Shown: positions 42,395-51,170 of the stretch, one piece after another
How the letters are laid out: the number at the start of each line of letters is the position of its first letter
Numbering within the stretch: the stretch's first letter is position 1
Origin: Balanoglossus misakiensis
Taxonomy: Eukaryota; Animalia; Hemichordata
Length of the DNA stretch: 64,000 nucleotides
Direction: 5' to 3'
Assembly (NCBI GenBank): GCA_040954595.2
Contig: CM082580.2
Span: 9,464,390 to 9,528,389 of the forward strand
The notes under the pieces: model-generated
Databases searched by the model: none
What the model saw: the letters and a program-made list of their open reading frames with translations, nothing else
What the model was told of the DNA's origin: nothing
Program-made: the position numbers and the translations under genes

Positions 42395-42520
42395 ACCTTC
42401 GTGACGTATCATTAGACCAGGAAGTCATGCAGAGTTATGCGGATAAATGGCGTCGGGTGACCCCAGATGAACTCGGTGCGGCGAAGTCATATATAAAACA
42501 CGCGACAATGACGTGTATCT
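42395..42520 (-). promoter_or_regulatory. Probable promoter region of the Kelch gene
   Basis: CpG-rich patch about 0.7 kb upstream of the ATG, with CRE-like GTGACGTA/ATGACGTG and ETS-like CAGGAAGT motifs. Confidence 0.35.
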
Positions 42521-43175
42521 ATATTTGGCCAATTTTGTAATACGTGTTGCTCGTACTTCCCCCTCCCCCTTCGCTAGCTAAACTAAAATAATTTAGTTGT
42601 CTTATCAATCATTTCGTTGGTAAATATAGTACATGTAATCCAGGCGCTTGGGCGTCCGTATGACAAATCACACCTATGCGAGATGCACTTGATAAGTAAA
42701 AAGTACACGTTTCTTTTTGTTATCAGACGGGACTTTTTAAAAATTTAAAACAGACTGATGTAAATTTAACCGGAATTGTTTGTTATGTGCGTTATGCTTA
42801 AGTTCAGCAGAACACGCAAATTTAAAATAAATTAGGCCAGGCAGATGTTGTTTGTATTGAACATTCATAAAGATCCATCACGAAATAAAAGCCCCGAAAG
42901 CCGCATCGAAACGAAAATAACACAATCCCCATTATATATTATATATAAAATGCAAGCACTTAATTCAGTCTAAAAAAGTTTGCGTGCATTTCCTGTTAGC
43001 CTTAAGGCTTAATACTAAATTAGGAGGACAATCTAATTTTTTGACCAACTGCTAGCTCCTTCCACGTCCCCAATTCGTCTGTTTCACAACGGTCACTCCA
43101 CACACCCAGGATCTGCACATCTGTATTTATAGCACTTTGTGCCCCAACATGCATCTGAAACTTCTCGTCGGCGAT

Positions 43176-43182
43176 TATAAAA
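43176..43182 (+). promoter_or_regulatory. TATA box of syncollin-like copy 1
   Basis: TATAAAA about 80 nt upstream of the donor at 43260, immediately followed by a CAGCTG E-box. Confidence 0.55.
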
Positions 43183-43528
43183 CGACACAGCTGCAGTGCA
43201 GCGCGGCTAGAGATCGAGTCGACACCGGAGAATAAGCTGCGCGTGGCGGAGAATTGATGGTAAGAATCTGTCTGCGGACAGCGAACCATTTGATCATTTT
43301 TAAGACTTTGTTGTTGAAAAACGCATTCATCTCTGTGTGAGATATGACGTGAAACTGAAGGGTAGTATGATCATCACCATCATCGAATACATGAGCATTG
43401 GTCCAGTAAAAAAAATCCAATACCTTTCGATCTTTAAACTCATAAACGCTGATTCATCCATTTTTTCAGTACGTTGCATTCTGTTCAAATTGGCAAACCA
43501 AAATCGACCCAGTCATTAACGGTACAAC

Positions 43529-43918
43529 ATGCAGTGCTCCAGCTTTGTGATAATCCTAGCTTTGTGCGGTGGGTGTTTGGCAGTATGCCCGGCTCCGGAA
43601 GATCTGGAACCGGGTATCTGCGCAATACTGTACGACATAGGCAACGAGATCGGGGCGAAGAACTGCCGCGGTGCCAGCTTTAGAATAGAGGGCGAGGTGA
43701 CGAGCAAGACGAAACTGCCCAGCAATTGGAACAACCGTCCCTCATCCTTGGTCGTGGCTCCGAACTGCAGTTTTTGTGCCTACGAGAGCTTCTCGAGCTT
43801 CAACCCCAAGAGGATCTTCCAGGCTGGAGCGCACTTCCTTGGAAACTTCGAGCGTAGGGGCAACAACCGAGTGCGTACATGGGATGACTGCGTTTCGTCT
43901 TATGTTTGCAGATGCTAG
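43529..43918 (+). CDS. Syncollin-like secreted cysteine-rich protein, copy 1 (129 aa)
   Basis: Hydrophobic signal peptide, then CPAP..L..CAILYD..NCRGA..LPSNWNNRPSSLVVAPNC..F.AG..W...SSYVCRC. This matches vertebrate syncollin motifs as recalled (CAKLYD, LPSNW.N..SSLVVAPRC, W.NAIS..YCRC). TATAAAA at 43176; probable 5'UTR intron 43260-43469 (GTAAGA...TTTTTTCAG); ATTAAA at 44052. Confidence 0.88.
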   Translation: MQCSSFVIILALCGGCLAVCPAPEDLEPGICAILYDIGNEIGAKNCRGASFRIEGEVTSKTKLPSNWNNRPSSLVVAPNCSFCAYESFSSFNPKRIFQAGAHFLGNFERRGNNRVRTWDDCVSSYVCRC

Positions 43919-45882
43919 GTATACCAACACCACACCCGGGTCCGGATGAGATGTTTGGTCATGGAATTGCGTCACGCTGCTATTTGCGAAACAGTCAAAG
44001 ATTTGACGCATCCACTGTAGCAGTGTTTTAACTCACCTATTTGCGTCAAATATTAAAGATTATAAATATTATGCATTATTTCAGTTGGCGTGGTAGTAAT
44101 CCATAGTCTTCTAATGCATGGGTTGTGTATACATGTCGGGATGTCGGGAAGGGGACCAAACGTTTATTGGCTGTCATTTGCATATAAGGATATGGCAAAT
44201 GGTCTTCGTATTGATTGAATATGACAGCATAGACCATCGCCACCTGTGGTTAGTGCAGAGTCGGCGATAACGCCACCAGCGACAGACCTGAGACCACAGA
44301 TAGGTTCAATAACACATTCACTGCAGAACGAGGCATCCTGGCACTATGGCCGCCGAGGGCGTATCATTGATGCAGGATAATTTTATTAGAGACAGTGCAC
44401 TGTATAATTTCTGAACATTTTAATAACAAGCATGGGGCCAGTGCATCTATAGTAACTTCCTGTACACTGTCCACACAGCAATAAAATATCAAAATGGTAC
44501 GAGCTCGCGTAAGACCAGCACATTTAAAAAAAAATCAACCTTTCACCCTTTTGTCTGGTGTGTGTTTTACGAATATGGATAGCAAACATATATCTTTAAA
44601 ATGCACTGGAAATGTTAGACATGGTGCCTAGATTCTGCCACGTCGATGGACGGCAACAAAAATATTAGTGGAAAGTTTCAACAGACACACAAGCCATATA
44701 CAGGGCACCTAGATTCTGTTGTCTAGACAGACAGGTCGCAAATAAAATATAGGCCATAAAAATTAGAAGTTTTACTGTTCCGCCGTCTGTAGAAGTGGGC
44801 GAGCTTTAATAATTCATGTTGACTCACTGGACGTCGTGGTCTTCTGTTTCAGCATACGTAGAATCATTTGGATATCATAGCTCTGTCGATTTCCTTTGCA
44901 ACTTTGCTTTCCTGTCCGTAAAAGCACTGAATAACTTTGTCCTGTGTTAATCCAACAGCCTCTTCCGGGTGAACTCTTCATGATATAAATGAATTTGTTT
45001 GGTCTTAATTTCCTCGGTACGAGTGATACTTGAGTAGAAACGATGTGCAAACCTGCATGAACAGTTAATAAATGCATAGGCAATCTATCAAATGTATCTA
45101 AAATTTATCAGCCGGAGAAGAAATTCTTGTTGTATTACAGTGGTTGTTTTGTTTGGATTCAGTAGTTTCTAACGAAACACATTAGTAATTCATATATTGC
45201 AGTAGTTCTTCGCAGCGGTCAATTATTTTTAGGTCCCCAGCACCTCAAGAACTTTCTATTCCCGTCTAACAACGCCTAAATTTCAAGCCACATCTCCAAA
45301 TCCTCTCACCACTTGTACACATTTTGTGAGCGCAAAATTACATCCAAAATTGTCACATTATTGTATTGTCCACACGACTAAACTCGTCACCGTTTACGAC
45401 ACAGTAAAAGTAAAAATTGGGGCTCTAAAATGGGTTAGCTTCGTCCTAAAATAACAACAGTAATACGTGGATATTTTACTAAATGAAGGTTTTTGTACAG
45501 TAATAAAAATGTTGCAAAAAACCGTTCACATGAGATAACGGCAAAGCTGCACCGACAAGACACCAAAGCCAGCCACCGCAGACGACGATTACACCGAGGG
45601 AGACTAAGTAAGTTATCCCTCTAGTCGATCGAATGAGATGCATGAACGATTCATACTGTGTGTGATTATAGATGGTTAGGATATTGCTAAGAATACTTGT
45701 TTTACGCCACACCCACATCAGCAGCAAAGACAGAATCTAATTTGATAGCTTTAAATGAGTTGACGTGAAATCTCTGATGTGACTCTATGAGTCCTGCTTG
45801 TAAAACTGGTGTTACTGTTTATCTTTCAGTCAATTTTGTTACCGATTGGACTGCATAGATCGCCGCAAGCATCAGAAACACC

Positions 45883-46290
45883 ATGCGTCCGTGCTTAGTT
45901 TTTTGCTTCGCTTTGATGGTTGCTGGATGTCTGGCAGAATGTCCACTCCCGGCATACCTGGACCCGGATGTCTGTGCCATCGTGTTCGACAACGGTGACC
46001 CGGACCCCGAGCTGAACTGCAGCGGCGCCAAACTGGTCATCAAGCGGGTGGTGCGCGAGAGGAAGAAGATGACGAACCACGGCGACTGGAACAACCGGGC
46101 GGGCGCCCTGGTTGTCGACAAGGGCTGCAGGTTCGTGGCCTACGACGAGCTGGAAGCTTCGCCGAGTAATCCCTGGCCGGAGAAGAAGGCCTTCGAACAA
46201 GGGAAGTACTACCTGGGCCAATTCAAACGTGAAGACAGAGTCAACACGTGGGATAATGCCATTTCATCATACACTTGTAAATGCCAATAA
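45883..46290 (+). CDS. Syncollin-like secreted cysteine-rich protein, copy 2 (135 aa)
   Basis: Signal peptide, then CPLPAYLDPDVCAIVFD..NCSGA..DWNNRAGALVVDKGC..TWDNAISSYTCKC. Paralogous to copies 1 and 3. Probable 5'UTR intron 45608-45829 (GTAAGT...TCTTTCAG); AATAAA at 46393. Confidence 0.88.
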   Translation: MRPCLVFCFALMVAGCLAECPLPAYLDPDVCAIVFDNGDPDPELNCSGAKLVIKRVVRERKKMTNHGDWNNRAGALVVDKGCRFVAYDELEASPSNPWPEKKAFEQGKYYLGQFKREDRVNTWDNAISSYTCKCQ

Positions 46291-46905
46291 GTGAAGTCGA
46301 TTGACCCCCCCCCCCCCGCGAAGGGGTTGTGGTATCTCGTTCAAATCGACTCACACATGAAATATCATTCACATACACGATGCAGTTGTGGCAATAAATA
46401 TTAACGGTGACTACCTGCACCATTTCAGAATATACTAGTACGCGTTCTTAATTTTAAAGTAAATGTGACGTATATGTATGTGTGAGTTATGTCCTGTCTA
46501 TAAGGTTTCTATCATAGATCCACTTTCTCTGTCTCTTTATTCTTGTCTTTAAAATGGGGACACGATATTTGCAGAAAATATGCATTGGTGTTCTGGCGAC
46601 GTATTGGGTAACTGGAATGGCGAGGGTGCAGGTGGACATAATGATTGCATAATATAATGTCAAAAAGAAACCAGCTGCCAACTCTGTCACATATTATGTA
46701 AGAGCGGACACATGATATAGATTAAGGCGACTGAAAGAGAGACTGCGTTGGATATCGAACCATGGCTTCATCAAAAGGATCACTTCTGTCTAAAACAAAA
46801 ATTCGACCATGTATACGGTGCTGCAGACATGAAATGGACAAGTCAAAGTGGGATCTAGTAAAGATAGATTGTACAAATCTGCAGGTTACACATGAATCGG
46901 CGTCC

Positions 46906-46931
46906 TGTCCCACCCCAGCATACCTGGATCT
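46906..46931 (+). pseudogene. Short 5' remnant of a syncollin-like gene (CPTPAYLD)
   Basis: TGTCCCACCCCAGCATACCTGGATC versus copy 2 TGTCCACTCCCGGCATACCTGGACC (20/25 nt; CPTPAYLD versus CPLPAYLD). Confidence 0.5.
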
Positions 46932-47522
46932 TGCAACATCTCGCAGTATATCATGCCTGCCATCGTTGGAAGGCCCTAAATCGCGAAGAAAATTGTTTAT
47001 GTGCTACTGTCCTGCAAGGGTTATATTCGGAGTATCAAGCTACCGGGAAATAACGTCATTTTGCATACTAATGAAGGCAAACAGCTGATATAACACCACA
47101 ATCACAACGAGCATTCAATATTCGACCAGGCACCCAGGGGTTCACCTTATCAAGACTGTAGCTACCTTTCGGTAAGTTGACAAGAGTTAGCGAGGCTTTC
47201 TAAAAGGTGATATGCCAGTTGAAACGGGGGTTTACACTGAGAAAGTATTATCTTGTATTGCATTACCAATCTGATTAAAATCAGATGTAGGGTAGGGTAG
47301 GGAGCCGTCTACAATTGCACATGTGTTAACATGGTGGGTGTCGCTATGTAGCAAAACTTTGGAAAATTGTGCAATCTGTCAAAAATGGCCAGTCTGTAAA
47401 AAAAAGTAATACAATGTAGAATGCATGAACACTGTCTTTTTACAGAGTTTATGATTGTCTTTTTCAGGCTGTTAAGCGATAGACCCGGTATACCTACGCA
47501 AAATCATACAGCGTCCAGAACC

Positions 47523-47933
47523 ATGCACCTCAGTTTGCTTATTGGTTTGGCAGTAATTGGTAGTTGCGTCGCAGTGTGTCCTAGACCACAAGACCTGGAC
47601 CCCGACGTATGCGCCAAACTCTATGATGTTGGTAATGAAGACGACCAGGCGAATTGTCGCGGTGCCACACTGACCATCAAGCGAGTGGTGCGCGACAGGA
47701 CCAGGCTGGCGACACACGGCGACTGGAACGACCGAGCGTCCGCCCTGGTCGTAGCCGAAGGCTGCAGATTCGTGGGATATTTCAGAGTACCAGCTAGGGA
47801 CGGCCCAGGTGATCCAGAGAAGCGAGTATTCGGCGGAGGAAGAAGCTATTATCTTGGCGCCGTGAAACGCGAAGTAGATAGAACCAAGACATGGGACAAT
47901 GTCATCTCTTCCTACACTTGCAAATGTGGCTAA
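47523..47933 (+). CDS. Syncollin-like secreted cysteine-rich protein, copy 3 (136 aa; start reassigned to ATG 47523)
   Basis: MHLSLLIGLAVIGSCVA signal peptide, then VCPRPQDLDPDVCAKLYD..NCRGA..DWNDRASALVVAEGC..TWDNVISSYTCKC. The ORF-track start at 47421 lies in a probable intron 47172-47467 (GTAAGT...TTTTTCAG). Kozak-like ACCATG; AATAAA at 47979. Confidence 0.88.
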   Translation: MHLSLLIGLAVIGSCVAVCPRPQDLDPDVCAKLYDVGNEDDQANCRGATLTIKRVVRDRTRLATHGDWNDRASALVVAEGCRFVGYFRVPARDGPGDPEKRVFGGGRSYYLGAVKREVDRTKTWDNVISSYTCKCG

Positions 47934-48107
47934 AATTTTCGCCACCGGAAGCTTGTATCGTGCGCCTGCACTTGTCTGAATAAAAGTTGAAAAGTAGATT
48001 ATCCTACTGTTATGCTTGAGTTTTTAGTTTTACCTCATTTTAGTAAATTATGAATGACACTGTGACTCTGTTCTTGGCGTAGCTACAGTCCACACTGTGG
48101 ATTGTGT

Positions 48108-48204
48108 TTGGGCCAATTCAAACTTGACCACTGAGTCAATACGTGGGATGATGCCATTTCATCGTACACTTGTAAATGCCAATAAGTGAAGTCGATTGAC
48201 TCCC
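48108..48204 (+). pseudogene. 3' fragment of a syncollin-like gene closest to copy 2
   Basis: Reads LGQFKLDH*VNTWDDAISSYTCKCQ* with in-frame TGA at 48132-48134, versus copy 2 LGQFKREDRVNTWDNAISSYTCKCQ*. The 3'UTR start GTGAAGTCGATTGAC is identical to copy 2. No recognisable upstream coding part. Confidence 0.85.
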
Positions 48205-50123
48205 ACACACAGAAACACACACAGACTACCCGGAAATAACGTCACCTGTAGAGAGATGTTCTCCGCAGAATGGTGACACGTGCAATATGTGATAGGTGGC
48301 GCAGTACACGGCTCCCATCGCTGATTGTGAAAGCGAAAGGAGTCGGCCATAAATTGCGTTAAACACTGCAATGTGCTGCGGCAATTCCGCTATTAGTGGA
48401 ACTCCGCACGTTTTTTACAACCGAAGTCTTCGTCACTGGAAGAGTCACCCTCAGGTCGGGCACGCTTATTATAATATGCTTGGTCTGAATCCAGCGTTCC
48501 GATCGCTGGATGAACATTGGTTCATCACCCATCGATTCCTCTATCAAACTTGCATGACAACCACAGTCGCACTAATAGCTGTAGATCTAGGCTCTATGCA
48601 CTTTTATGCGCACTGAGAGTGAATTATATAATACTAACGTGTCCACCATCAGGGGACTTTTTACTGAAGGGGAAAAGTCACTTTTCGGAATAAGCCCCAA
48701 TACATTTTACTACAGCTGCACAGTGTAACCGCATAATTTCAGCGAAAGGCCTTTGATGGAGACCAAATGCTTCAGTGAACCATACATATATAATTCTCTC
48801 TCTAATAGCATGCATAAATAGTGCATGTGGCCTGTGCAGATGTACATCTATAGGGGCGATAGTGGTTCATCGACCATCGATTGCTCTACCAAAATTAGAA
48901 GTTATAAATTATGGGTACGATGTGGCAGTCTGCAGGCAAGGCTTCCAACAACGCCATTCCTGCCTTCAAGCAGCATTTTAATGGATGAACTCAACATCTC
49001 TTTAGGTGAGAGTACCACAACGTGTCTTTATAAAACCAGAGCTGAATATATCTCCATATCTTAGTAAGTGTTAAGCACCGGGCCCTCTTGAGTAAAGAAC
49101 GTCCCCATTTTAAGTCATCTCACACGTTTTTTAACCCCATTTTACAATCCGATGAGTAGATAATTAACTATTAATACGTTTTTAGTGAGGTGGTATCCAG
49201 TTGACGCGTGTTGAAGATATTAACCCTCATGGTGTTGGATTCCTGAAATATAAAAAAAATCCTTACAAATGCTTTTTTTAAAGCTGGTTACCTTAGTTGT
49301 AGAACCAAGAACTTCTGACACAACGATCGACCATGATTTTTATTTACCATCAACTGTGGGCGTGTGATTTTGCGACAAAGTTTATGGAAACGCATAAAAT
49401 TTGCTTGCGTATAAGGTACATTCTAGGTTTACATGTGTAGTGTCAGTTTCGAATTCGATCAGGAATACTATTCTTCAGTAACAAATCTAAAACTAGTTTG
49501 CTCAACTGCCGTTAGCTTCTTGTCATTCTGATTAGAAGTCAGATTTTCTACAATGAAACATTAATGGAAAGGAGGCATATTACGGTAAAACGCAAGCGCT
49601 GACAAACAGTGGTTACGCTGACAATACATAGAAATTTAATACATATGTAGTGCAATTGCTACTGTGCAGTGTTCACAATAGGCACTGACTTTGTGCTACG
49701 TTTAGGCATTAGGTGAATGTACGACGCCACTCCCGCAGTATTTAAAGTCAATATCATCCAAAATTACATGTATAAGTACTTGAGTTCACATAATGAAGTA
49801 CACGTATAATCAAACTAAAGACGTACATGTACGTCGTCTGCATGTTAAAAGGCTTCCAGTAAATTCTTGTCGATAAGTCGAATACAGTGTGGCATGATGT
49901 GCAACATTGGAATACCATTGTTTTCAAACCAGTAGATATAGTTTGTCATATCGTCAATGTCATCATTTAAATATCTGCAGAATATTATTTGGATTATGGT
50001 GAGTGGTTCTCGTATATGTCTTTTACATCAGTAGGATAACATATAACTATAGGTTGAAACGTGACATAGCGTTAGATTCTTAACTTTCACTTCGTGTCAG
50101 AGCCATTCTGACAGTTTTTATTT

Positions 50124-51170
50124 TCAGGCGTGCGTTGTACTCACTATGGTTGAGCGATCATTTGTGTTTGAGGACCCTGGAACGGTGTGCGACACGGTTG
50201 ACAAAGGACCAGCCGCGCCAGCTCTGCGACATATCTTGCCAGCCAGTATCTCTTTGCAGGCGGTGCGGAAATTTTGGTTGTTGACGCTGTAGAGAATCGG
50301 GTTCACAAAAGCGCCGAGGAACAGCAGCTGGTAGAGCAGAATCTGCACTACGGGTGGCGGGGGCGCTGATGTTGTCAGCTTGTAGGCGTTCAGCAGTATG
50401 ACGAAAGGCAGGTAGCCCAGGGTCACCAAGAAGAACACGATCATGGTGACGATCACCGTGCGGACCTCTTGTCGGCTGGGGCCTTCCTTTGCCGCCGCGC
50501 CGCCGCCCCCGTGAGCCTGTACCCTCAGACGACTCTTGCGGATGAAGAGGAAAATGAGGATGTAGCACAGCGTCGCCACGACTGACGGACTGTAGTAGAG
50601 GACGGATATGATCCACACCGGCAAGATCGCCGTGATGCAGCGGTAAAGTTGGGGCGAGTAGACTATCTGCGGCGCCCGGACAGATTGCTGCCAAATGACG
50701 AGTGTTGGCAGCAACCAGGCGAAGAGGAGCGACAGGACCACCGAGGTCTTCTTGGCGAATTTCCTGTACATGCCGTGGTGCACTATGTAGACGTAGCGAT
50801 TGAGAGCGACGAAGCAGGTCAGCCAGAGGGACGTGCCCAGCAGAACGGTGTGCAGCCTCTGGTAGATGGCGCAGTACACCTCGCCCCACCGCCAGCCGCG
50901 GTGGATGTACGAGTCGCTGATCTGGACGCACAGGAACAGACTGCCCACCAGGTCCGTGACGCTGAGGTTCAGCAGGAAAATGTTGCTCTGGGTTCGGAGC
51001 CTCTTCTTCAGCAGCACAGCGGCGACGAACAGCCCGTTCCCGGCGATGGCTCCCGCGCAAATGATGATCTGCACAGATGCCGCCAAAGACGTTGCCCAAA
51101 CTGGCGCCGGCGTTGCCGTGACGGCAGCGGGGACGGGGACCACAGAGCGGTTCATGTTTGTCACGTTCAT
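50124..51170 (-). CDS. Class A (rhodopsin-like) GPCR with NRY motif, melatonin-receptor/GPR84/moody-like orphan (348 aa from ATG 51170)
   Basis: Seven hydrophobic segments; TM1 GN, TM2 NLSVTDL, ECL1 WRWGEVYC, TM3 VALNRYVYIVH, TM4 W, TM6 GYLP, TM7 NPILY. N-terminal sequons NVT and NRS follow the first true ATG at 51170; the ORF-track start at 51353 is not ATG. Confidence 0.92.
   Translation of the reverse strand: MNVTNMNRSVVPVPAAVTATPAPVWATSLAASVQIIICAGAIAGNGLFVAAVLLKKRLRTQSNIFLLNLSVTDLVGSLFLCVQISDSYIHRGWRWGEVYCAIYQRLHTVLLGTSLWLTCFVALNRYVYIVHHGMYRKFAKKTSVVLSLLFAWLLPTLVIWQQSVRAPQIVYSPQLYRCITAILPVWIISVLYYSPSVVATLCYILIFLFIRKSRLRVQAHGGGGAAAKEGPSRQEVRTVIVTMIVFFLVTLGYLPFVILLNAYKLTTSAPPPPVVQILLYQLLFLGAFVNPILYSVNNQNFRTACKEILAGKICRRAGAAGPLSTVSHTVPGSSNTNDRSTIVSTTHA

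Noticed and set aside
44240-44312. tRNA/SINE-like A- and B-box motifs (TGGTTAG...GGTTCAAT)
   Set aside because: No cloverleaf could be built and no second copy was seen.
47421-47522. 34-aa N-terminal extension of syncollin-like copy 3
   Set aside because: Upstream ATG lies in the predicted intron; the signal peptide and paralog alignment begin at 47523.
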